64,000 nucleotides of DNA from Candidatus Avidehalobacter gallistercoris (GTDB lineage: Bacteria > Bacillota > Dehalobacteriia > UBA4068 > UBA4997): assembly GCA_018715045.1 (NCBI GenBank), contig DVMH01000027.1, forward strand, positions 6,306 to 70,305, in the 5' to 3' direction. The notes under the pieces are model-generated. The model saw only the letters and a program-made list of their open reading frames with translations. It did no database searches and was not told where the DNA came from. Shown piece by piece: positions 38,852 through 50,514 of this stretch. Every line of letters starts with the position of its first letter. Within the stretch, counting starts at the first letter, position 1. The translations under genes and the position numbers were made by a program.

Positions 38852-40680
38852 TTATTCGACGGTAACGGATTTGGCCAAATTCTTCGGCTGGTCGATACTG
38901 CACCCTTTCTGGCTCGCCACATAATAGGCAAAAAGCTGCAACGGAATCACCGTCAGCGAGGGCTGCAACAACGGCAGCGTTTTCGGCACGCTGAACACCA
39001 CGTCGGAAACTGCGGCCATTTGCTTGTCGCCCGCCACCGCCACCGAGACCAGATAAGCGCCGCGTGCCCGCACCTCCTCGGCATTGCTCTTGATTTTCTC
39101 AACCAACGGCTGATACGTCGCCAATGTAAACACCAAAGTACCCTGCTCAATCAGCGAGATAGTACCATGCTTCAGCTCGCCCCCGGCATATGCCTCGGAA
39201 TGGATATACGAAATCTCTTTCAGCTTGAGGCTTCCCTCCATCGCTACGGCGTAATCCAGATTGCGCCCAATGAAGAAAATACTGTGCTTGTTGTATAACT
39301 GCGACGCCCAATATTGGATCTTTTCCTTATCCGCCAGCACGTCTTCAACCTGAGCCGGCAGGTTCGCCAGCGCTTCGCAGTAAGCGGCCAATTCTTCTTC
39401 CGGCATGGTTCCCAGCAGCTCGGCAAATTTCAACGCCAACAGGTCGATAACCACCAGCTGAGTGCTGTACGCCTTGGTGGTGGCAACGGCAATTTCCGGC
39501 CCCGCCCAGGTATAAAGCACGTCGTCTGCCTCACGGGCAATGGTGCTGCCCAGCACATTCACAATGGCCAGCACCCGCGCCCCTTGCGCCTTGCCCTCAC
39601 GCATGGCGGCAATGGTGTCGGCTGTTTCGCCGGATTGGGATATGACGATCATCAGTGTGCGTTCGTCAATGATTGGCTGACGATAGCGGAACTCCGATGC
39701 GATATCCACCTCCACCGGGATACGGGTAGTACTTTCCAGCACATATTTGCCCACAACGCCCACATGATAGGACGATCCGCAGGCCACGATATAGATTTTA
39801 GACGTGTTTTGCAGCATTTCCCGCGTGATGTGGAAGTCGTCAAGCACGATGCCGCCGTCTTTTAAGCGTGGGCTGACGGTCTTTTGCAGGCTTTGCGGCT
39901 GCTCCATGATTTCCTTAAACATGAAATGCTCATAGCCGCCCTTTTCTGCCGCCGAAACGTCCCAGTCGATATGCGTGGAGCGCACCGGCTTTTCATCACC
40001 ATTGGTATCGAATATCCTGACCCTATCCGACGCAATAATGACGATTTCCCGGTCTTCCAGATAGCAGACCTCCTGCGTGTGCGCCAAAAGAGAGGGCACG
40101 TCGCTGGCGATCAGGTTCTCGCCCTGGCCTAAGCCCACCACCAGAGGACTGTCTTTCCGTACAGCATAGAAGCGCTCCGGCTCGTCCGCCGAGAGCACCC
40201 CCAGCGAATAAGACCCCTCCAGCACGTTCAGCAGATGGATCATCGTATCCAACATATCACCCTGATAGAAATACTCCACCAACTGGGCAATAACCTCAGT
40301 ATCAGTCTGCGAAATGAAGCTGAAACCTTTTTTTTGCAACATTTCTTTCAGCTGCTGATAGTTTTCGATAATTCCGTTATGTACCACCGCAAAGCGCCCG
40401 GAATTGCTCAGGTGCGGGTGCGCGTTAACATCGGACGGCTCGCCGTGAGTCGCCCAGCGCGTGTGCCCGATACCGACATGGCCTGGCACCTTTTCACCGT
40501 TTGCCGTCAAATCTTTCAGTACCTGCAGCTTGCCCGCCGCCTTGGCGATATCAATTTTATCTCCCTGAATCACCGCAATGCCCGCTGAATCATAGCCGCG
40601 GTATTCCAGCTTTTCCAGCCCTTTCAGCAGCACCGGAGCCGCCTCAAGCGATCCAGCATAGCCAACTATGCCGCACATAT
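38852..40680 (-). CDS. glmS: glutamine--fructose-6-phosphate aminotransferase
   Basis: Starts MCGIVGY (Cys2 nucleophile) and ends ...SVTVE. Start taken at the ATG at 40680, not the upstream track start. Confidence 0.95.
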
Positions 40681-40727
40681 TAATCCCCCTTTTTCCCGAA
40701 CAATTAACAACTATATACTTAATAGCA

Positions 40728-40756
40728 ATTATATTATACCGGCTGCCTTTTTGCAA
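40728..40756 (-). promoter_or_regulatory. candidate sigma-70 promoter for glmS
   Basis: On the minus strand: TTGCAA, 17-nt spacer, TATAAT. This leaves a 5' UTR of only about 45 nt. Confidence 0.4.
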
Positions 40757-40914
40757 GTTTTAATTCTTAGCCGGCTAAGACATTGATTTTGTCCGCATTA
40801 TGATTGTATTTTTGCGGCGAATGTAGTATACTGTTAAATGGTGTTTTGTTTATATTTTCCAACCCGGCCTTATGGCCAAGGGGTTGGTTTAATGATGAAA
40901 GTAAGGAGGGCAAA

Positions 40915-41439
40915 ATGCGTTATAAAGTTTGCGGCAAACAGTACCGCAACGATAAATGCCTGGTCTGCGGCTTTGACAATCCACTGAGCCTTGGCATGGA
41001 TTTCTGGCAACTGGAAAACGGGGAGCTGGCAGCTTACTGCATATGCAGAGAATACCACCAAAGCTACCCGGGGCGCACCCACGGCGGCGTCATCAGCGCC
41101 CTGCTGGACGAGGTCATCGGCCGGGCTATTTGCATCACCGAGCCTACTTGCTGGGGTGTAACGGTTGAACTTAATGTTAAATTCAAGCAACCGGTTCCGC
41201 TGGAAGAGAAGCTGCTGATCGTGGGGCGTATCACCCGCAACCGCAGCCGTATGTTCGAGGGCAGCGGCGAGATATACGACGGCAACGGCAATGTGCTTGC
41301 CACCGCCAGCGGCAATTATATGAAGCTGCCGGCAGATAAGATAGTTCATACCGATGACCCGGAAGGGCCGGTCAACGCGATGAACTGGCGGCTGGTAGAC
41401 GAAACGCCCGCGCCAGAGTATATTGAGCTGCCTTATTGA
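40915..41439 (+). CDS. hotdog-fold (PaaI/4HBT-type) thioesterase with an N-terminal CxxC-x-CxxC zinc ribbon
   Basis: CGKQYRNDKCLVCG followed by HGGVISALLDEVIGRAI. RBS aaggagg. Confidence 0.65.
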   Translation: MRYKVCGKQYRNDKCLVCGFDNPLSLGMDFWQLENGELAAYCICREYHQSYPGRTHGGVISALLDEVIGRAICITEPTCWGVTVELNVKFKQPVPLEEKLLIVGRITRNRSRMFEGSGEIYDGNGNVLATASGNYMKLPADKIVHTDDPEGPVNAMNWRLVDETPAPEYIELPY

Positions 41440-41463
41440 TTTTAAGCATATGTGGAGGATTTT

Positions 41464-44124
<2,661 letters not shown>

Positions 44125-44141
44125 TCCGGAGGTTGATATCA

Positions 44142-45239
44142 ATGTTGACAGACTGGAAACCGCAAATTGAGCGAGCCGAGGAAAAACTGCACGAGCTGGA
44201 AAAAGCTCTCGACATGACCTGAAGGGAGGATGAGGCCGCGCGGCTGGAAGAACAATCCGCCGCCCCCGGCTTCTGGGATGATCAAGAGGCGGCGCAGAGC
44301 CTGCTGCAAAAGCTGACCCAACTGAAATCCGTCATCAACAACTATAATGATTTAAGCAGCCGTCTTTCCGACGTGCAAACATTGCTGGAATTGGCGCTGG
44401 AGGAAAATGACGAGGCCCTGGAAAAGGAAATCGAACATGATTTCCACGCGCTATCCCGCGATTTGGATAAGCTGGAGATCGAAGTGCTGTTCAGCGGCCC
44501 CTATGACGACCACAACTGCATTTTAACGCTGCACGCGGGTGCGGGCGGCACTGAAGCGCAGGACTGGGCGGATATGCTATACCGCATGTATACCCGCTTT
44601 TGCGAGAAGAATGGCTTCAAATGCGAGGTCCTGGATTATCTGGACGGTGAAGAAGCCGGCTTAAAAAGCGTTACCTTGGGCATTGAGGGCGCACATGCTT
44701 ATGGTCATTTCCGCTCGGAAAAAGGGGTTCATCGGCTGGTGCGTATCTCGCCGTTTGACGCTTCGGCCAGACGTCACACCTCGTTCGCTTCGGTAGATAT
44801 TATGCCGCAGGTACAGGAAGATAATGAAATCATTATCCACCCGGAGGAGTTAAAAATAGACACCTATCGCAGCGGCGGTGCGGGCGGCCAGCACGTCAAC
44901 AAGACTGACTCTGCCGTGCGTATCACTCACCTGCCCACTGGCATTGTAGTGCAGTGCCAGGATGAACGCTCGCAGTATAACAACAAGGATCGTGCGATGA
45001 ATCTGCTAAAAGCAAGGCTGCTGGAAGAAAAAGTGCGCGAGCGCGAAAAAGAGCTGGCCGAAATCCGCGGCGAACACACCGAAATCGGCTGGGGCAACCA
45101 GATACGTTCTTACGTGTTTCAGCCATACCGCATGGTAAAAGACCACCGCACAAATGAAGAATCCGGCAACGTTGACGCAGTAATGGACGGTGAGCTGCTG
45201 CCCTTTATGAGCGCTTATCTGAAAAAGTTTAAGGGTTGA
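44142..45239 (+). CDS. prfB: peptide chain release factor 2, interrupted by an in-frame TGA at codon 27 (44220-44222). The same frame continues with RF2 homology and no +1 frameshift
   Basis: ATG at 44142 behind ggagg. Frame 0 reads [54 protein letters not shown]...SPGA... The GGQ motif is conserved in the downstream portion ([11 protein letters not shown]). The +1 frame after the TGA dies within 33 codons. Confidence 0.8.
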
Positions 45240-45411
45240 TAAACTAAAACTTTTGGCAGAGTTTTGATAAAAATTTTCGCTTCATCAATAAATTACACGG
45301 AAAGCATCGGTAAAACCTGCGTGTTCAGAGTACAGCGCAAGGCGGACAAAAAGAATGCATTAGTTAACTTTTATTAATATAAAATTTTGCAAGGATTTGG
45401 GGGTTATATTT

Positions 45412-46221
45412 GTGGATATTGTGGCATTAGAGGCCAAGGCCAAAGAAATGCGGCGGGAGATCGTCAAAATGATCGCCACCGCGGCCAGCGGTCACCCCGG
45501 CGGCTCGCTTTCCGCCGCGGATATTCTGACAGTGCTCTACTTTGATAAAATGAACCTGCGGCCTGAAGAGCCGCATTGGGAGGAACGCGACTATTTCGTT
45601 CTCTCCAAGGGGCACGCCGCCCCTGCCTTATACACGGCTTTGGCTCTCAGGGGATTCTTCCCGCTGGAACAGCTGCCAACGCTGAGACAACTGCATAGCC
45701 CGTTGCAGGGGCACCCGGTCAGCAGCAAGGTACCGGGCGTTGACGTCAGTACCGGATCGTTGGGTCAGGGTATCAGCGTGGCCTGCGGCATTGCCAAGGG
45801 ACTGAAAATTGACGGCAAACCCAACCGTGTCTACGCTCTTTTGGGCGACGGCGAATGTCAGGAGGGCGAAGTTTGGGAGGCTTTAATGTTTGCCTCTCAT
45901 TACAAGCTGAACAATCTGACTGTAATCATCGACAATAACCGCCTGCAGATTGACGGCCCGGTGGACGAGGTGATGTCCACGGCGCCACTGGATAAGAAGC
46001 TGGATGCTTTCGGCTTCAACGTGCTGCTGGTGAACGGCCACAATCTGGAAAGCATCGGCCAGGCTATTGATCGCGCGCAGCAAGAATCGAGCCGCCCCAC
46101 CGCCATAATCGCCAACACAGTAAAGGGACGTGGTGTTTCGTTCATGGAAAATAAGGTAGGCTGGCACGGCACGGCGCCCAAGCCGGAAGAAGCTGCTCAA
46201 GCCCTGCAGGAATTGGCATAA
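45412..46221 (+). CDS. tktA_N: transketolase, N-terminal (TPP-binding) subunit
   Basis: AASGHPGGSLSAADIL...GHAAPALY. Start uncertain: GTG at 45412, TTG at 45397 or ATG at 45451. Confidence 0.85.
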   Translation: MDIVALEAKAKEMRREIVKMIATAASGHPGGSLSAADILTVLYFDKMNLRPEEPHWEERDYFVLSKGHAAPALYTALALRGFFPLEQLPTLRQLHSPLQGHPVSSKVPGVDVSTGSLGQGISVACGIAKGLKIDGKPNRVYALLGDGECQEGEVWEALMFASHYKLNNLTVIIDNNRLQIDGPVDEVMSTAPLDKKLDAFGFNVLLVNGHNLESIGQAIDRAQQESSRPTAIIANTVKGRGVSFMENKVGWHGTAPKPEEAAQALQELA

Positions 46222-46239
46222 GCAAGGGAGGAAAATCAA

Positions 46240-47178
46240 ATGACAGAAAAAATTGCAACTCGCGACGCTTACGGCCAAACGCTGGCGGAGCTGGCAGCCA
46301 CTGACGAAAAGTTGGTGGTTTTGGACGCTGACCTTGCCAAATCTACCAAAACTGCCGAGTTTGCCAAAGCAGCCCCGGAACGTTTTGTGGAAATGGGCAT
46401 CGCGGAACAGAATATGATTGGCGTGGCGGCTGGTCTGGCCACACTGGGCAAACATGTTTTTTGTAGCTCTTTCGCTATTTTTGCGGTGGGGCGCGCCTTC
46501 GAGCAGGTGCGTAACGCCTTGGCCTATCCGGGGCTCCCGGTAACGGTGGCGGCTACCCATGCCGGAATCACCGTGGGGGAGGACGGTGCAACGCATCAGG
46601 CAATAGAAGATATCGCGCTGATGCGTGCAGTGCCAAACATGACGGTGATCGTGCCCACCGATGCACGGGAAACAGCGCAGGCGGTGAAAGCCCTGGCGGA
46701 ATATGATAAACCCGCCTATCTGCGTCTGGGCCGTCTGGCCGTGGAAACCGTGATGCCAGCGGACTACCAGTTTACAATCGGCAAGGGATACGTTCTGCGC
46801 GAGGGCAGCGACGCGGTCATCTTCGCCTGCGGTTTGATGGTACAGGAGGCTATGTATGCAGCAGAACAGCTTGCCGCCGAGGGAATCAATATTACGGTGG
46901 CGAATATGGCAACCGTTAAACCGTTGGACACTGAGCTGGTTATCCATCTGGCCGAAAAGTGCAAAGCGGTGGTAACAGCAGAAGAGCACAACATTATCGG
47001 CGGCTTGGGAAGTGCGGTAGCCGAGGTCTTGAGCGAAAACTGCCCTACACCACTGCTCCGAGTTGGCGTGGCCGACAGCTTCGGTCAATCAGGCAAACCA
47101 GCCGAGCTGATGGCAGAATATAATCTCACGGCGGCAGCTATCGCGGCTAAGGTGCGCGAGGTCATCAAGCGCAAATAG
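46240..47178 (+). CDS. tktA_C: transketolase, C-terminal (pyrimidine-binding/C-domain) subunit
   Basis: EMGIAEQNMIGVAAGLA and the remainder of the transketolase C-half. Confidence 0.85.
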   Translation: MTEKIATRDAYGQTLAELAATDEKLVVLDADLAKSTKTAEFAKAAPERFVEMGIAEQNMIGVAAGLATLGKHVFCSSFAIFAVGRAFEQVRNALAYPGLPVTVAATHAGITVGEDGATHQAIEDIALMRAVPNMTVIVPTDARETAQAVKALAEYDKPAYLRLGRLAVETVMPADYQFTIGKGYVLREGSDAVIFACGLMVQEAMYAAEQLAAEGINITVANMATVKPLDTELVIHLAEKCKAVVTAEEHNIIGGLGSAVAEVLSENCPTPLLRVGVADSFGQSGKPAELMAEYNLTAAAIAAKVREVIKRK

Positions 47179-47188
47179 AAACAACCCC

Positions 47189-47226
47189 AAAAAACCTCTT
47201 CGTCATGAAGGCGAAGAGGTTTTTTA
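47189..47226. terminator. bidirectional rho-independent terminator between tkt (plus) and asnB (minus)
   Basis: aaaaaa-cctcttcg-tcatgaagg-cgaagagg-tttttt. Confidence 0.7.
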
Positions 47227-47270
47227 TCAGACAATCTTAACAGCAGGAGGGAACCAAAGGTTCCCTCTTT

Positions 47271-49112
47271 TTATGCATCTACGTATTCGATATGATAATG
47301 CTTCAACCAATGATTCACCTGCAAAAAATAAGCTATCGTCTGCGGCGTCAACATCAGCTGGCCGTACCATGGCGTCTGTACGTCGCTATCAAGCAACTGT
47401 TCCAGCGCCTCCCTACGGCAAAAATCCAACAACGGCGCATTTCTGTCCGCCAGCACCTGCCGCAGCATTTCACTGACCACTGCCAAATAAACCGGGTTAT
47501 GCGTTTTGGGATATGGGCTTTTCTTGCGCCACAGCACCTCGTCCGGCAGCCACCCGCGCATGGCCTCGCGCAGCAACCCTTTTTCGTGTTCCTGCCAGTC
47601 CTTGAATGCCCAGGGCACGGTGTAAAGATACTCTGCAATGCGCCAGTCACAAAACGGTACCCGCACCTCCAGGCCGCTCCACATACTCATGCGGTCTTTG
47701 CGATCCAACAGCGTCTGCATAAACCAAGTCAGGTTAAGCGCCATCATTTCTTTAACACGGCGGTTATCGCCCGCACATTCCGTCAAAATATCCGCTTCGG
47801 CCAGTGTTTTTTCATATGCAGCATTGATATAGGCTTCACCATCAATCTGCTCCGCCAGCTCCGAGCGCAGAAATTCGCTCCGCCAGGCCGTTGACTGTGC
47901 CCAGGGGAAGCCATATTTAGCACGAATTTCCGGATCACGATACCACGGGTAACCGCCGAATATCTCATCCGCACACTCGCCGGAAAGCGCCACCGTTACT
48001 TCCTTTTTGATTTCGCGGCAAAACAGCAGCAGCGAGCTGTCCACATCGGCCATGCCCGGCAGATCGCGCGCCTCCACCGCTTCAAACAGAGCCGGCGCCA
48101 GAGCCTCGCTCTCCAGTACCACCAAATGATTTTCGGCGTTCAGATATTTGTTCATACGCCGGATAAATTCTTCATCGCTGTTCGGCTGGAATTTGCTGCG
48201 CTTGAAATAGCGTTCATTATCACGGTAGGTAACAGAAAACGTCTTGAGCCTGCGCCCGCTTGCAGTGTAATATTTATCAGCCACGGCAGCAATCAGACTG
48301 GAATCCAGCCCCCCAGATAAAAAGCAACCCAGCAGCACATCGCTGACCAGCTGTCGCTTGATCGCGTCCTCCACCAAATGCCGTACCTTGGCTGCTGCTT
48401 CAGCAAAACTATCATGACAGGGCGCATCATGCAAACGCCAATACGTCTGCTCCCGCCAGCCTGCTGCATCATAAACCGCCATACAAGCCGCCGGCAACTC
48501 CCGTACTCCAAGGAACACACCGCAGCCCGGCGTGCGCCCCGGCCCCATATATAACACCTCCGTCAGCCCACGGCGGTCGATCTGAGGTTTTACCTGCGGG
48601 TGTGCCAGCAGCGTCTTGATTTCTGAAGCAAACAGCAAAGTATCCCCCCGCATGGCATAAAACAGTGGCTTTACGCCAAAACGGTCGCGTGCCAGAAAAA
48701 GCCGCCCCACCGCCGGTTCCCACACCGCAAACGCAAAAATGCCGTTCAGACGCAACAGCAGATCCTCGCCCCACTCCGCAAAGCCGTGCAACAGCACCTC
48801 AGTATCGGAATGACCACGGAAATCATGACCCACAGCCAGAAGCTCTTGTCTAAGCTCCTCAGTATTATATATTTCGCCATTATACACCAGAACCAAATGC
48901 CGCCCCTGCCAGTCCAAATGCATCGGCTGACGTCCCTTGGCCACGTCAACCACCGCCAGCCGCGCGTGAATCAGCGCCGCGTGGCCGTCCCAGAAAAGGC
49001 CCTCCTGATCAGGCCCGCGCCGCTTAAGCGTCGCCTGCATCGCCCACCAAGTTGGCAGCTTTGCCTCAGCAAAATTCTCCTGCAAATTTATTTCCCCGGC
49101 AATTCCGCACAT
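47271..49112 (-). CDS. asnB: asparagine synthetase (glutamine-hydrolysing)
   Basis: MCGIAGE N-terminus (Ntn GATase) and synthetase-domain SGGLDSS motif. Confidence 0.9.
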   Translation of the reverse strand: MCGIAGEINLQENFAEAKLPTWWAMQATLKRRGPDQEGLFWDGHAALIHARLAVVDVAKGRQPMHLDWQGRHLVLVYNGEIYNTEELRQELLAVGHDFRGHSDTEVLLHGFAEWGEDLLLRLNGIFAFAVWEPAVGRLFLARDRFGVKPLFYAMRGDTLLFASEIKTLLAHPQVKPQIDRRGLTEVLYMGPGRTPGCGVFLGVRELPAACMAVYDAAGWREQTYWRLHDAPCHDSFAEAAAKVRHLVEDAIKRQLVSDVLLGCFLSGGLDSSLIAAVADKYYTASGRRLKTFSVTYRDNERYFKRSKFQPNSDEEFIRRMNKYLNAENHLVVLESEALAPALFEAVEARDLPGMADVDSSLLLFCREIKKEVTVALSGECADEIFGGYPWYRDPEIRAKYGFPWAQSTAWRSEFLRSELAEQIDGEAYINAAYEKTLAEADILTECAGDNRRVKEMMALNLTWFMQTLLDRKDRMSMWSGLEVRVPFCDWRIAEYLYTVPWAFKDWQEHEKGLLREAMRGWLPDEVLWRKKSPYPKTHNPVYLAVVSEMLRQVLADRNAPLLDFCRREALEQLLDSDVQTPWYGQLMLTPQTIAYFLQVNHWLKHYHIEYVDA

Positions 49113-49183
49113 TCCGCAACACTCCTCGCCCTATTCTCCCTCTCAATATATGCGGCGAGCGGCTGGTTTTGCCTGTTCATTGC

Positions 49184-49216
49184 AAAAAAAAACGGCCTGC
49201 ACATAAGCGCAGGCCG
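49184..49216 (-). terminator. rho-independent terminator downstream of the HD-GYP-like gene
   Basis: A9 on the plus strand, then cggcctgc-acataa-gcgcaggccg. Read on the minus strand this is a hairpin followed by T9. Confidence 0.6.
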
Positions 49217-49235
49217 CAGTAAGCAATATTAAGTT

Positions 49236-50252
49236 CTAACCGATCTGGCGCAGCTGACCGTTTTCCGGAAACAAATCACTTGCCAGCGAGTGCTGCCGGA
49301 ACATTCCCGTAAACACCGCCACCAACTCAGGGTCAAGCGCTGTTCCAGCGTACATTTGCAGCATATCCAGCGCGTCTTCAGTTGACAAACGCCACGCGCC
49401 GTACGGCTTGGTGAACGCGTTATACACCCATGCCAGCGCAAATATACGGCTACCCAGCGGGATATCCAGCCCTGAAAGACCAAGCAAACCGCTGCCGTCC
49501 CACTTTTCGTGGTGAGTCAGAACCAGCTCTGCCGCCATAGCAAGCTCGGGAATATCAGCCACAATATCAGCACCCAGCTTAGTGTGCGTTTCATATGTTG
49601 CGCCGTCCACCGAACGGCCAATGTCATAGGCATAGCAAAGCGTACGAATGATCGCCAGCTCGTTAACATCAAGTTTCAAAGCGCTGCCGATTTTACCGCA
49701 ATACTGCCACAGCAGCTGGGAATCGTTCTTCTGAATGGCAGCGAAACGCTCCGTTCGCAAATCTTCCGCTTTGCGCTTGGCTTTGGCGCACTTCACGACA
49801 TTGGAACGACGCGAGGGCTGGTTGAAAGTGCGTTTGATATGTTCGCTAAAATATATAGGGCGGTTCGCCACATCAATGTTGGGATTCTTGTTCACGCTCT
49901 CCACATAGCTGAAACCGCGCAGGGTATCATCACCGCTGAAACCCGCGTCATGCGAAGCGGCCAGATAATCCGTATCCGTAAAGAGCTCGTCCGCCTGAAA
50001 TCCTGCGAGAGGCTCGGTATGAGACCTAACACTGCGATAACCCCAATACACACCAACAAGCAGGCAACACAAAAACACCAGCAAACGCACTGACAATCGC
50101 AAAACAGAAACTTCAGTAAACAATGCGCCGCTGATGGAGACACTGGGCTGACCAAGCGCGAAAATGATGCTGTCCACCACCCATATAACACTGCCGGTGA
50201 GTGCGCTGGTCACGATTGGCGAAGAGTATCGACCCAATTCCTGCACCTCCAA
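49236..50252 (-). CDS. membrane protein with a degenerate C-terminal HD-GYP domain
   Basis: N-terminal TM segments. HD-GYP core HHEKWDGSG is present. The HDIG metal ligand is replaced (AYDIGR) and GYP is replaced by LLG. Start uncertain, possibly the TTG at 50237 behind ggagg. Confidence 0.65.
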   Translation of the reverse strand: MEVQELGRYSSPIVTSALTGSVIWVVDSIIFALGQPSVSISGALFTEVSVLRLSVRLLVFLCCLLVGVYWGYRSVRSHTEPLAGFQADELFTDTDYLAASHDAGFSGDDTLRGFSYVESVNKNPNIDVANRPIYFSEHIKRTFNQPSRRSNVVKCAKAKRKAEDLRTERFAAIQKNDSQLLWQYCGKIGSALKLDVNELAIIRTLCYAYDIGRSVDGATYETHTKLGADIVADIPELAMAAELVLTHHEKWDGSGLLGLSGLDIPLGSRIFALAWVYNAFTKPYGAWRLSTEDALDMLQMYAGTALDPELVAVFTGMFRQHSLASDLFPENGQLRQIG

Positions 50253-50457
50253 CTATATGCTATGTCGATTTTAACATATTTTTCTGCTATTTTCAATAAT
50301 ATTTCAATATTTAGTGAATTTTTTTTCGTCAAACCACTACAAAAAGTAGTTCAAACCGAGTTTTTTCCCATATTTGCCGAATATTTCCCCAAAATTCCAC
50401 ATGGCTTGCCACCCGCCGCCCAAAGCAGCGCAACAATCCGGCAATACTTCCCACCAC

Positions 50458-50494
50458 AAAAAAACCAGCCGTAGCCAAAAGGCTGCGGCTGGTT
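50458..50494 (-). terminator. rho-independent terminator downstream of the yabE-like gene
   Basis: aaaaaa-ccagccgtagcc-aaaa-ggctgcggctgg-ttt. Confidence 0.6.
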
Positions 50495-50514
50495 TAAACC
50501 TGACAGTTTAATTT

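Noticed and set aside
40681-40914. glmS ribozyme upstream of glmS
   Set aside because: No AGCGCCAGAACU / GACGAGG core elements on the minus strand. The UTR from the inferred promoter is only about 45 nt.
44217-44260. Canonical +1 programmed frameshift in prfB
   Set aside because: The +1 frame after the TGA (gaa ggg agg atg agg ...) ends in a stop within about 100 nt and has no RF2 similarity. RF2 homology continues in frame 0, so the interruption is an in-frame stop and not a shift site. No CUU-UGA-C heptamer is present.
45883-47088. 401-aa minus-strand ORF
   Set aside because: Antisense to the two transketolase subunit genes.
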